The notes under the pieces: generated by a model
Databases searched by the model: none
The model's input: the letters and a program-made list of their open reading frames with translations, nothing else
Told to the model about the DNA's origin: nothing
Position numbers and translations under genes: made by a program
Shown here: positions 39,671 to 49,031 of the stretch, one piece after another
Position numbering within the stretch: the stretch's first letter is position 1
How the letters are laid out: every line of letters starts with the position of its first letter
Virus record (IMG/VR): IMGVR_UViG_3300031999_000008
Location: 26,904 to 90,903 of that record
DNA from: a virus
Length of the DNA: 64,000 nt
Direction: 5' to 3' (one strand)

Positions 39671-40228
39671 TCAAGCCTTAAGTGCCATGAACTTATCCAA
39701 GAAGTACTTCACAATTTCTACCTTATGTAGGACGCCCTCCTTGAGAGAAATATCGTCGTCCATAATGTAAGCTGTAACCGTCTCCGCCCAGTCTTCGTGC
39801 GGATCCGACGCCGCGTACATAGTTGCGTACGCCTTATTATCGTAGAGGGGCGTACCCGTTGCCGCTGCGATGAACGCACTACGTAGGTAGTAAGTCCAGA
39901 TACCCGTGAGCAACCCCGGCCGCTCTTCGGGCCCTTCGTAAGCGCCAAAACACTGCTCCCACTGTCGCTGGTCCTTCCGTGTAAGTTTGTACCAAAGTTT
40001 GAACAAGAGCGCATGGCCGTACTCGTGTACGAGCGTACGCTCAAAATTAAGCGGTCCGCGTAAAAGTGACGCCGTACACAAAGAGCCGATCGTTATTTTA
40101 ACGGGATACCCTTCACAGTAGCTTACACTCTCATCGAGTTTCACGCGTACAGGGATACGCGCTAAACGCGTAATACCCTTATCCCGATACCTTTTCAATA
40201 CCTGGTGCCGTATCGCTGTAGGCCCCAT
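39671..40228 (-). CDS. Putative zinc metallopeptidase (Peptidase_Mx-like)
   Basis: HEYGH and YA..DPHEDWAET. Confidence 0.75.
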   Translation of the reverse strand: MGPTAIRHQVLKRYRDKGITRLARIPVRVKLDESVSYCEGYPVKITIGSLCTASLLRGPLNFERTLVHEYGHALLFKLWYKLTRKDQRQWEQCFGAYEGPEERPGLLTGIWTYYLRSAFIAAATGTPLYDNKAYATMYAASDPHEDWAETVTAYIMDDDISLKEGVLHKVEIVKYFLDKFMALKA

Positions 40229-40281
40229 AAATACATCCTTTCTACTTTATTTTACCATAAAAGACCATATACTACGCACGT

Positions 40282-41745
40282 ATGACTACTTCCTATACGA
40301 ACGGCCGTGATACCGCGTGCGCCACCATGGGCGTACTTCTGATCAAGCGCGCGGATGAGGAACAGGCCTCTGAAAGGACAAACTACTTGCCCGCTGCGGC
40401 GGGTCTCGGTCTTGGCGCGTTAGCCGGAGGCGGCCTGTACAAGTACATGCGCGACGTGAAACCTACGTCGAGCACCTTCTTAAATGAAGTGCGCAGCAAA
40501 GCAAAAGACCGGTTCGTACGCCAGGTAGAAGAAAAAACTCCAGATAGTTGGCTTGGGCGTATGAAAAATAAAATACGGCATGCCGGTGGGGATGAGGTAC
40601 ATTACGTGGGAGACCACCCGTACCAACCCGACAACCCGAAGAAAGTAAAGGGTGCCGTCCGTTACATCCAAGGTGACCGAGAGAACTTTGTTAAGGGTGA
40701 CATAGGCTTAGGTGCCACTTTAGACGATGCAAAGCGTCAGAATGCGCTCCAAGACAAATGGCGCGAGTATAAGACAATCGAAAAGCACGCCCCTGGCGCC
40801 ATGTCGCGTACTGAAAATCTCGCCGACATTGCTAAGCAACTAGGCTTAGCCAAGCCGACCAATGATGTAGAGACCGCGCAATATTTTAAGACGCTCCAGG
40901 ATGAGCTCCATAAGCGCTTCGGTAAAGGCTTCGTTATGAAGGAAACCCGCGGCGTTCAAAGCGCAGGGATGTTCCCGAGTGAAAAACATGATCTTCACGA
41001 CTTATTGAGTAAATACCGTGAATCCGGTGGTGCAGCTCAAGCTGCCGCCGCAGAGAAAGATCTCGAACTCGGCGGCTTCGGCGGCGATGACATGGTCATG
41101 ATGCGTAAACTGCGGGAAAATCCGCACTACGCCGGACGCGTATTAGAGCAAGCACTTAAGAATCCAAAACGCGTTATTGTCCAGGAACGCTTACCTTTAG
41201 CCCAAACAGACAGTCTTGTACGCCGAGGTCTTAGCGGACTTACAGGCGATACGCTGTCCAATGAAATGCGTGTACACGTTGAGGGCGGTCGCGTTATGCA
41301 CGACGCCACGACACCGCGTTATTCTACACTGGGCGCAGCATTCGACCGCAACCACGTACATGGCGCGAATACGTTTGCGCAGTCGGTTGTGGACCAGCTT
41401 CCCGAAGAATATAAAAATATGTCCTTCGGTATGGATATTAGCCCCATCGAAGGCGGCGGGTACCGACTCATTGAGTCTAATCCCACAGGCAATAGTGGAT
41501 TCCTGGCCCCGAAAGGTGGCTCCCCTCTAGCAGGAATACAGCTCCGTAAACATTACCTAGGTAATTATTCGAAACCCGTGGCGGGCGCCGCTGCTGTAGG
41601 GGTAGGCCTCGGTACTGCCGGAATTGCTGGCGCAGGCCTGCATTACGGAATGAAGCCTGACGCACCGGAACCGCCCGCAGCTCCTCCAGCTCCAGCGCCC
41701 CCTAAACTAACGCCGCCGCAACCTGCGGGGCCTGCGCTAGTTTAG
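40282..41745 (+). CDS. Tagged ATP-grasp enzyme with terminal glycine-zipper helices
   Basis: FVMK, VIVQERLP, EMRVHV, GMDI...LIESNP (E-x-N); YTNGRDTACATMG..KRA leader. Confidence 0.7.
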   Translation: MTTSYTNGRDTACATMGVLLIKRADEEQASERTNYLPAAAGLGLGALAGGGLYKYMRDVKPTSSTFLNEVRSKAKDRFVRQVEEKTPDSWLGRMKNKIRHAGGDEVHYVGDHPYQPDNPKKVKGAVRYIQGDRENFVKGDIGLGATLDDAKRQNALQDKWREYKTIEKHAPGAMSRTENLADIAKQLGLAKPTNDVETAQYFKTLQDELHKRFGKGFVMKETRGVQSAGMFPSEKHDLHDLLSKYRESGGAAQAAAAEKDLELGGFGGDDMVMMRKLRENPHYAGRVLEQALKNPKRVIVQERLPLAQTDSLVRRGLSGLTGDTLSNEMRVHVEGGRVMHDATTPRYSTLGAAFDRNHVHGANTFAQSVVDQLPEEYKNMSFGMDISPIEGGGYRLIESNPTGNSGFLAPKGGSPLAGIQLRKHYLGNYSKPVAGAAAVGVGLGTAGIAGAGLHYGMKPDAPEPPAAPPAPAPPKLTPPQPAGPALV

Positions 41746-42137
41746 GCACTCATAACGGAGGGTTGTTTTTGATTCAAAAATCCTTCAGGACGCTTATTTA
41801 AATTAGCAGTATCTTCAGCGTTAAGGCCTAGCCGCATACGTGCAGTATTGCGCCCTTCCGCTTTGGCGGCGTCTCCAATTGTCGATGTTGCCTTTGCAGC
41901 CTGAGCGGCGTCTTCACCCTTGAAATAATGGTGGAGGCCGTAGCCCCCTAAAAGGGCGCCGCCTGCTAGCATCGCAGGGACCTTGTACTGGTCCCACAGA
42001 CTCGGCGGGGCCGGCGGCGGTTCCATTGCAGCTTGGGGGTCCTGCGGATATTCAGGGTAAGGCGCATACGCACCTTCACCCATTGCGAGTTTTACGCCGG
42101 AAGTTTGTAATGTCTTTATTAACTTGTGTAGCGCCAC
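41742..42137 (-). CDS. Single-TM protein with KLA site
   Basis: GVKLA; AGGALLGGYGLHH. Confidence 0.55.
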   Translation of the reverse strand: MALHKLIKTLQTSGVKLAMGEGAYAPYPEYPQDPQAAMEPPPAPPSLWDQYKVPAMLAGGALLGGYGLHHYFKGEDAAQAAKATSTIGDAAKAEGRNTARMRLGLNAEDTANLNKRPEGFLNQKQPSVMSA

Positions 42138-42165
42138 GGCGATAACCTCGTGTCAATGTCAATGT

Positions 42166-42789
42166 TTAACGCCGGGGCAATCCTGCCAACATCCCGCCAT
42201 GCGCTAACCCGGGGGCTGCCGCAGCAGGCGACGGCGCTTGCATTCGCGTTATCATGTTGCTCCCGATCAACGGCGATGTTGGGGCGGGAGCAGGGGCGGC
42301 CTGTGCGGGGGCCGGGGCCGCTTTACCACGGGGCTTTCTGCCGGTAGCGCCTGGTCTACCGAGATCTGCGGTATTTACGTTCAGACCCCCGAGGTTCTCA
42401 ACAGCGGGCGCCGCTGCGGGAGCTGCGGGAACTGCTTTCCCTGCCATGGACGCTTCAACCGCGGGATCCATCGTAAGCCCTAGGCTACGTTGGGCATCTG
42501 CCGCACCCGCCTGCGTATTGGCTGCGGTTAACCCAGGATTACGTCGCATAGACGCAGCCATCGAATCCGCAACCGACGACCCCGCACCTGCGGCGGTAGC
42601 TGTCCCCGCCGGTTTCATGCTGTTTTTCATGGCTGCAGCGACTGCAGGGTCTGCCTCCGCTGCTGCGCGGCCTAACCCGCGACCAAAAACGCCCGCACGA
42701 TGCAGGCCGTACATACCAAGACCGGCTCCGCCGAGGGCCATCGCGGGCAGCAACAAGCCAGGACCGGAAGATTCATGTTCATTGGACAT
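42166..42789 (-). CDS. Single-TM Ala/Pro-rich protein
   Basis: ALGGAGLGMYGLHR. Confidence 0.55.
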   Translation of the reverse strand: MSNEHESSGPGLLLPAMALGGAGLGMYGLHRAGVFGRGLGRAAAEADPAVAAAMKNSMKPAGTATAAGAGSSVADSMAASMRRNPGLTAANTQAGAADAQRSLGLTMDPAVEASMAGKAVPAAPAAAPAVENLGGLNVNTADLGRPGATGRKPRGKAAPAPAQAAPAPAPTSPLIGSNMITRMQAPSPAAAAPGLAHGGMLAGLPRR

Positions 42790-42849
42790 AATTACACGTA
42801 GTATATAGTTTGAGTAGGGTAGATCAAAGCTGTTTGAATACTAAAAAAG

Positions 42850-42922
42850 AGCTCTAGGTCGGATTTGAACCAACGGCCTGCCCCTTACAAGGGGGCTGCT
42901 CCACCAACTGAGCTACTAGAGC
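42850..42922 (-). tRNA. tRNA-Thr(UGU)
   Basis: GCCCC-CTTGTAA-GGGGC. Confidence 0.88.
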
Positions 42923-42933
42923 GATCAAGACAG

Positions 42934-43356
42934 CTACGTGTATAGCAGCTCCAATACTTCCTTGCGGAAATACTTTGGCATGCTTTGTCTTTTCATATCA
43001 GCCTCAGCCTCTTTTGTAGAGTACTGCAGCTTTCGGTACAGATCGGCGTAGGGCTCAGGCCGTGATTCACGCCAGAAATTGTAGTTGGCCGTAGCAGTTC
43101 GTCCATGCGGATAAGGCCCGTCCTTTACGTGTGTATAGAACAAAACCTGATCCGTCATAGGCAAACAAGCCATCGTCCGCGCTTGCTCGGCATTGAGTGC
43201 CTTGAGCTCTCGCACGTTCTGCGTAACCTCCTGGTCGAGATAACGCACAAGCGCTGAATTACCAAAGAACAGCCGGAGCAACCCTGTGAAGATTGCCCAG
43301 GCAACGAATGCGAATGCTGACATTACCTTTAGCAAAATAGACATGATTAACTCCAT
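42934..43356 (-). CDS. Membrane-anchored hypothetical protein
   Basis: N-terminal TM. Confidence 0.55.
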   Translation of the reverse strand: MELIMSILLKVMSAFAFVAWAIFTGLLRLFFGNSALVRYLDQEVTQNVRELKALNAEQARTMACLPMTDQVLFYTHVKDGPYPHGRTATANYNFWRESRPEPYADLYRKLQYSTKEAEADMKRQSMPKYFRKEVLELLYT

Positions 43357-43362
43357 GACCCC

Positions 43363-44412
43363 TTAAAGGGACGTTATTACGTGTAGAGGCGGTACCACTA
43401 GCGGTATGAGCTTTTCCGGGTCCGTTACGTTAATTACTTTGCTAGTAACCACGAAATACCCCGTAGTGGGCGTTGCGATACCCGTGGGGTAATTGACGCA
43501 ACCTTGCACGCCGGAAGCCGCCGGAGCGGTTGCCCGTGAAAAGGCCGAACCAGGTACATTCAACGCGGGAGCAGCATCCAGCGGAAATACCCAGGTACTA
43601 TTGACGGTCTTACCCGTACCCAGTGACATGCGAAACGCTTGCATAGGGCGGACATGTTCCGCGCCTGAGAAATACAACCAACTATTCCCTTTGCAGTTTT
43701 GCTGCGAGAAGAATTCGTTGTAATCCGTGTACTCGTACACGGCATCCAAACGCCCCGTCATCGGACGAATGCTGTATTGGTAACCTTCCGCAGTCACATA
43801 CGAAGGACTCGTCAAATCAATGACGGGCGCTGCTTTACCTTCAGCATCCACCCAGTAGTATCCAGGACCGCGTGCGCCTGTAGCACCCGGCACACCCTGG
43901 GGTCCTTGCGGACCTGTCGCACCTGCTAGTCCTTGCGGACCTTGAGCGCCTTGTGGTCCTTGCGGACCCGTTGCACCGTCAGACCCCTTAGCGCCTTGGA
44001 GTCCTTGGGGACCCTGAGGTCCTTGCAGGCCTGTCACACCGGGCAATCCCTGTGCACCTTGAATACCTGGATTTCCTTGCGGTCCAGAGAGTCCCATCGG
44101 ACCTTGCGGTCCCGGAACCATTGAGTCTGCACCCGGAAGTCCGGGTGCGCCCTGTATACCGGGATCGCCCTGCGCGCCCTGTGCTCCAGGTGCCCCCTGA
44201 GGTCCTTGAGGTCCCTCGGCACCAGGAGCGCCATCCTTACCGTCTTTGCCATCACGCCCATTTAGAGCGTCGATAGCCGTTTCCGTAAGTACGCCAGCGT
44301 CATTGCTAGTTCCCACAGTGTTGTCCGTACGCGCATTCGCAGGCATGTCCGCGTTAGCGCCACACGCAGCAAGCAATACGAACATCAGACTACTTTTACG
44401 TAGTGAATTCAT
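43363..44412 (-). CDS. Collagen-like lipoprotein
   Basis: Start MNSLRK, lipobox LAAC, about 40 G-X-Y triplets. Confidence 0.8.
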   Translation of the reverse strand: MNSLRKSSLMFVLLAACGANADMPANARTDNTVGTSNDAGVLTETAIDALNGRDGKDGKDGAPGAEGPQGPQGAPGAQGAQGDPGIQGAPGLPGADSMVPGPQGPMGLSGPQGNPGIQGAQGLPGVTGLQGPQGPQGLQGAKGSDGATGPQGPQGAQGPQGLAGATGPQGPQGVPGATGARGPGYYWVDAEGKAAPVIDLTSPSYVTAEGYQYSIRPMTGRLDAVYEYTDYNEFFSQQNCKGNSWLYFSGAEHVRPMQAFRMSLGTGKTVNSTWVFPLDAAPALNVPGSAFSRATAPAASGVQGCVNYPTGIATPTTGYFVVTSKVINVTDPEKLIPLVVPPLHVITSL

Positions 44413-44441
44413 CAGTAACCCCCTTGTATTGGTTACTGACT

Positions 44442-44465
44442 CATACCGTAAAACAGGGTATTTTT
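44442..44465 (-). promoter_or_regulatory. Candidate phage promoter AAAA-N14-GGTATG
   Basis: Recurrent motif between tRNA-Glu and the lipoprotein gene. Confidence 0.55.
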
Positions 44466-44468
44466 CGG

Positions 44469-44540
44469 TGCTCTCGACGGGAATTGAACCCGTGTTACCG
44501 GAGTGAAAATCCGACGTCCTAACCTCTAGACGACAAGAGC
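44469..44540 (-). tRNA. tRNA-Glu(UUC)
   Basis: TCGGA-TTTTCAC-TCCGG. Confidence 0.88.
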
Positions 44541-44809
44541 ATCTGTTTCCCATCGTGGGTCAGATAATACTTAAACCCGTTTGTAACAGGGTTCACTTCC
44601 CACCGCAAATAGCCTTTTCGGATAAGCCCCTGCAACGCACGATCAATATTGGCCCGAGCTGCATACGCAATTACTTCCTTGATTTGGTGAACACTAAGTC
44701 CTGGGGTCTTGTGAAGCGTGTCCAAAATAGCCAGCTGTTGATCACTAACAATGTAATGCCCTACGCGCGGTTTATTGCGCACGGCTAACCCAATCACCGC
44801 AAGTTTCAT
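44519..44809 (-). CDS. Winged-helix (MarR-like) protein
   Basis: Q..ILD.L...PGLS...I.......NIDRAL.GL..KGYL...YYLT..G. Confidence 0.6.
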   Translation of the reverse strand: MKLAVIGLAVRNKPRVGHYIVSDQQLAILDTLHKTPGLSVHQIKEVIAYAARANIDRALQGLIRKGYLRWEVNPVTNGFKYYLTHDGKQMLLSSRG

Positions 44810-45051
44810 TTTAAATTACTCGCTAGGTAAGACATCAAAGCCTTGAGAGCGTTAGTATGTGTATCAAAGGGTTCCAAGTAAAGAACCCTAGTACAATTAC
44901 CTTTTACCACAATAAAAACGTGGGCACGCCAATCACGACTTGTGGTCACCTGACTCAGATACGGACCCATCGCTGTCGCACCGTAGCGACGTCTCGCTAA
45001 CACGGCTACCTGCGCAAACTGGTCCGGCGTAAGTTGCATCCACTTGGTCAC
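44806..45051 (-). CDS. Hypothetical protein
   Basis: ORF track, coupled to 44809. Confidence 0.45.
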   Translation of the reverse strand: MTKWMQLTPDQFAQVAVLARRRYGATAMGPYLSQVTTSRDWRAHVFIVVKGNCTRVLYLEPFDTHTNALKALMSYLASNLK

Positions 45052-45226
45052 AAAGTGAAGTCAGCAGTTCATTGAGTTGATCGAACTCAGAATAACTCAA
45101 CCAGTGGTTTGTAAACGCAAAACTCTGGCGTTCAGCCAACTTTTTCTTGTCCGACAAGTAAGCCAGATAAATACGAATGGCTTCTGTAGGTGACATCCAC
45201 TAAAATATAGCCAGTTTTGCGAGGTC

Positions 45227-46717
45227 TTGGTGCCGTCAAATCTGGATACAGCCTATTCCGCAGCGTACACCGCGCTCACCAAGTGTGCTGAGCTCACGGC
45301 CGTGCTGCAGCCCCATCAGATTCGTGTGCGTGACCGCCTTAAGAATCAATCGGGGTTAGTAGTCGCGCACGGTCTCGGTACAGGCAAGACTCTTTCGTCG
45401 ATTGCTGCGGCAGACGCACTGAGCATGCCCACGACCGTAGTCGTACCCGCCGCACTGCAAGCCAACTACCGAAAAGAGCTCGGTCAGCACCGTAAAGAGA
45501 AAGATCAGGGTTTCAGCGTTACGTCGCTACAACGTATCGCCCGCGGTAAGACGTCCCCTGACCTGCACAACCACTTACTCATTGTGGATGAAGCACACCG
45601 ATTACGTGAACCGTCCGGTTCTAGTCGACAGGTCTTCAATAAACTGAAAACCGAAAAACGCCTTCTTCTCACAGCAAGCCCCATTTACAACCACCCTGCG
45701 GATCTAGCGTCGCTCGTAAACCTAGCGGCAGGTGAGCACCTACTTCCCGTAGATCGGGGTAACTTCGAGAAAGCATTTACGCGCACCGAAGTTACCCATC
45801 CAGGCCTCATTGGGCGCTTAATGGGCGTCAAGCCTGGCGAGCATAAAGTGCTCACCAATACCAAGCACCTCAAAGGTGTACTAGACAAATGGGTTGATTT
45901 TCACGAAAGTACCGACAAAAAAGATTTCCCTTCATCGGACGTAAAAGTAATCAAAGTCCCAATGTCGGAGAAACAACAAGAAGTAAATAACGCATTGCTC
46001 AATAAAGCACCCATCTGGGTGCAATACAAGATTCGTAAGGGCTTACCGCCTTCGAAGCAAGAAGCTACGAAACTGAATTCCTTCTTGGCTATGCAACGCC
46101 AAGTCTCAAATAGCCCTCAGGCCTACAGCCACGGGATGTCTCTTGGCGAAGCCGTTAGCCACAGCCCCAAGATACAATTGGCGGCGCATAATTTCATGTC
46201 TGCACTGCAGAAGAATCCCAACCACAAAGCAGTGGTCTATTCCAACTATCTACAAAGCGGACTGCATCCGTACAAGCACATCCTTGAGCACCACAAGGTC
46301 CCTTACGGTGTATTTTCAGGGGAGATACCCAAGGAAGAACGCGACCAGCTCGTTCGTGATTACAATCAAAACAAGATAAAAGCGCTTCTGATCAGCACCG
46401 CCGGGGCCGAAGGCCTTGATCTAAAGGGGACACGCCAGATACAAATCTTGGACCCCCACTTTAATGATGAGAAAATCAACCAGGTCGTAGGACGCGGTAT
46501 TCGTTACAAGAGTCACACGCATTTACCTGCGGCCGAACGACATGTGTCCGTCGAACGCTACTTAGCCACGAATAGGCCGTCACGTTGGTCCTTAATGGAC
46601 AATAAAAAGGATATTTCAGCGGACGAGTATATTCACAATTTGGCGCAGGACAAAATGAAGTTCAACAATCAGTTCACTGCGCTACTACGGCCGCCGCCCG
46701 TACCCAAGAATCCTTAG
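45227..46717 (+). CDS. SF2 (SNF2-like) helicase/ATPase with leader
   Basis: HGLGTGKT, DEAH, LTASP, STAGAEGLDL, QVVGRGIR; leader AYSAAYTALTKCA. Confidence 0.9.
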   Translation: MVPSNLDTAYSAAYTALTKCAELTAVLQPHQIRVRDRLKNQSGLVVAHGLGTGKTLSSIAAADALSMPTTVVVPAALQANYRKELGQHRKEKDQGFSVTSLQRIARGKTSPDLHNHLLIVDEAHRLREPSGSSRQVFNKLKTEKRLLLTASPIYNHPADLASLVNLAAGEHLLPVDRGNFEKAFTRTEVTHPGLIGRLMGVKPGEHKVLTNTKHLKGVLDKWVDFHESTDKKDFPSSDVKVIKVPMSEKQQEVNNALLNKAPIWVQYKIRKGLPPSKQEATKLNSFLAMQRQVSNSPQAYSHGMSLGEAVSHSPKIQLAAHNFMSALQKNPNHKAVVYSNYLQSGLHPYKHILEHHKVPYGVFSGEIPKEERDQLVRDYNQNKIKALLISTAGAEGLDLKGTRQIQILDPHFNDEKINQVVGRGIRYKSHTHLPAAERHVSVERYLATNRPSRWSLMDNKKDISADEYIHNLAQDKMKFNNQFTALLRPPPVPKNP

Positions 46718-46791
46718 CTGCAGAGGTAGGGATCGAACCTACGACGTCCGCATTAACAGTGCGGTGCTTCTACCGGCTGAGCTACTCTGCA
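46718..46791 (-). tRNA. tRNA-Asn(GUU)
   Basis: CCGCA-CTGTTAA-TGCGG; antisense between two plus-strand genes. Confidence 0.88.
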
Positions 46792-46812
46792 AAACAACTA
46801 CAATAGGTATAT

Positions 46813-47250
46813 ATGCGGTCCCTCTATTATTCGCAAGGAAAATCACAAGCTCTTACCAAGCTTGGACTTGCCGCCACGACGGAACACCTCCTGCCACGGC
46901 TGCTCAAGCGTATGGCGATGGGTGCCGGCGTCGGAGCCGTTACGTCAAGTATTGCTGGAGGCGATCTCGCCCCTGGCGCGATGTTAGGTGCCGGCGGAGG
47001 TCTTTTAGTAGGTAGTCTGGCGTCTCGTAGGAGCGGCCTGCCAACTAATAACCCCAAGGTAGATGCGCGTGTAGAGCGGCTCCACCAATACCTGAATAAA
47101 AATCCGTATTCCCCTATGGGACACGCCCTGCAAGAACAAGCGCTTAATCGTGACTTGACGTTGGGTGCCATTGGTGGCGTCGGTGGAGGGTTGCTGGGAT
47201 CCGCCGTGTCTAGGCCCAGCAGCGTTGCGCCGCAAGAACCGGCGTATTGA
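46813..47250 (+). CDS. Tagged glycine-zipper membrane protein
   Basis: YSQGKSQALTKLG tag; GAxxG helices. Confidence 0.65.
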   Translation: MRSLYYSQGKSQALTKLGLAATTEHLLPRLLKRMAMGAGVGAVTSSIAGGDLAPGAMLGAGGGLLVGSLASRRSGLPTNNPKVDARVERLHQYLNKNPYSPMGHALQEQALNRDLTLGAIGGVGGGLLGSAVSRPSSVAPQEPAY

Positions 47251-47251
47251 T

Positions 47252-49030
47252 ATGGCGGGCACTCCTAAACACCAGGTCGCCTTCCATGGATCGCCAACGC
47301 CAGGCATATCTAAACTCGAACCAAGGCTAGACCCGCGTACGCAGACCAAGGCGCTCTTTCTTAAGAAAGACCCGGAGAGTGCAATGATCTATGCGCTCTT
47401 ACCTAACCGGTCTAAGACCAATATAAATAGCACTACAAAAGATGGTAAATTCGTACGAGGGCATGCCGAAGTAGAAGGCGATTTACTCCACAAAGGGTAC
47501 CTCTATGAGGTACCCGTCCCTGTAGATAAACGTAGCGCTACCGATACGCACCACTTAAGAAATGCTGCTATTCCGCGGTCCGTGCGTACGGTCACCCAAG
47601 AGGACGCACGTAAAGCAGGCTGGACGTGGTCAAAGAAGGCTGCGGAGGACGCCCCCGGCATTCCCGACCGCCATTACCACGCGGACCTGCCTACTGTAAA
47701 CAAGCCTCTCACGTGGAAAATGTCTCTCCAAGAGCACCACGCGGATATCGCAGGCCATCATTACGATTTACGTTTAATTGACCCTGATACGGGACATGCG
47801 CATTCCTGGGCGTTGCCCAAGGCTCAAATGCCTGAGCCCGGTAAGTCCGTGCTCGCCGTGCAGCAGCCGACGCATACTTCCGAGTACGCGCTCAACTTTG
47901 GTAAAGACAAAGAACAAGAAATTGCCCAAGGCTATGGTAAAGGCCGCGTTAAAATCAAAGCGCTTGAAGAGATAGAAGTCTATCACAGTAAGCCCACTGA
48001 AGAAGGTACACGCGTACGCTTCAACCGCTACAGCTCCAAGGGCCCGGAGGAGTATGCCATTGTTCGTACTACAAGCGGTCAAGACTTACTCGTTAATAAA
48101 ACGTTGGCCCGTCATCGGTTGCCCCATCTAGACTTTGGGGAAAAGCCCGTTGTAAAAGAACACGCACTTAAAGACATCGACTTCGGCAACAACAGCGAAG
48201 TGATGATGCCTAAGTACGACGGCGCCCATACGCTGCTGGACTTAGACAAGACAGACCGTATTCCCCGGCTGTTTTCGTATCGTATCCCCAAGCGGCATAC
48301 CGCCGGCGTCATTGAACATACGCATAAAGTTCCCTCATTGCTGACAACGCGTGTCCCCAAGGAATTACGCGGCACGGTATTGCGCACTGAGACTATCGCT
48401 GTAGACGCTAAGGGCCGTGCAATTCCAGCAAAAGACATTGCAGGAATGCTCAATGCAACAGTGCCCAACTCTAGAGCCAAGCAGGAGGAAATGGGTGCGC
48501 ACTTGGTGCCTGTCATCCTCGATGTCGAGAAATATAAAGGTAAGTCTGTACAAGATCGGACTTTCCGTGAGCGCTATGAGCTCGCTAAGCAAATCAGTAC
48601 ACACTTACATTTGCCCGTGACCGATGCTGCTTTCGACAATGCGTCTAAGCGGAAACTACTCGCATCTATTCGCGCCGGTAAAAACTCAATGACGGGTGAA
48701 GGCGTTATTCTACGCCCCTTAGACACAGCTGGCTTAGCCAGTAAGGCTAAACTGCGTCCTGATCACGACGTCCACGTACGACGTATTTTCGAAGCTACAA
48801 ATAAAGACGGCCAGGGCACCGGACGTGCTGGTGGTTTTGAATATTCCTGGACACCCCGCGGCCCTGTTGCGGGACGTGTCGGCAGTGGCTTTGAGCACAC
48901 CATGGCTACAGACATGCTGCGCAAACCTGAAAACTATGTCGGTCGCGTCGCCAAAGTAGAAGCCGAACAGAAATACCCCAGTGGCGCCCTTGGCAAGCCC
49001 AGCTTTCGTAGCTGGCATTTGGATAAGTAA
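47252..49030 (+). CDS. Fusion: ADP-ribosyltransferase-like domain + LigD 3'-phosphoesterase + ATP-dependent DNA ligase
   Basis: FHGSP...LEPR...GYLYEV; QEHHA...HYDLRL...SWALPK...H..EY; PKYDG, EGVILR, KAK, RVGSGF; KKA site between the first two domains. Confidence 0.8.
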   Translation: MAGTPKHQVAFHGSPTPGISKLEPRLDPRTQTKALFLKKDPESAMIYALLPNRSKTNINSTTKDGKFVRGHAEVEGDLLHKGYLYEVPVPVDKRSATDTHHLRNAAIPRSVRTVTQEDARKAGWTWSKKAAEDAPGIPDRHYHADLPTVNKPLTWKMSLQEHHADIAGHHYDLRLIDPDTGHAHSWALPKAQMPEPGKSVLAVQQPTHTSEYALNFGKDKEQEIAQGYGKGRVKIKALEEIEVYHSKPTEEGTRVRFNRYSSKGPEEYAIVRTTSGQDLLVNKTLARHRLPHLDFGEKPVVKEHALKDIDFGNNSEVMMPKYDGAHTLLDLDKTDRIPRLFSYRIPKRHTAGVIEHTHKVPSLLTTRVPKELRGTVLRTETIAVDAKGRAIPAKDIAGMLNATVPNSRAKQEEMGAHLVPVILDVEKYKGKSVQDRTFRERYELAKQISTHLHLPVTDAAFDNASKRKLLASIRAGKNSMTGEGVILRPLDTAGLASKAKLRPDHDVHVRRIFEATNKDGQGTGRAGGFEYSWTPRGPVAGRVGSGFEHTMATDMLRKPENYVGRVAKVEAEQKYPSGALGKPSFRSWHLDK

Positions 49031-49031
49031 A

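Noticed and set aside
44413-44553. N-terminal extension of the collagen ORF
   Set aside because: Overlaps tRNA-Glu; the signal peptide begins at ATG 44412
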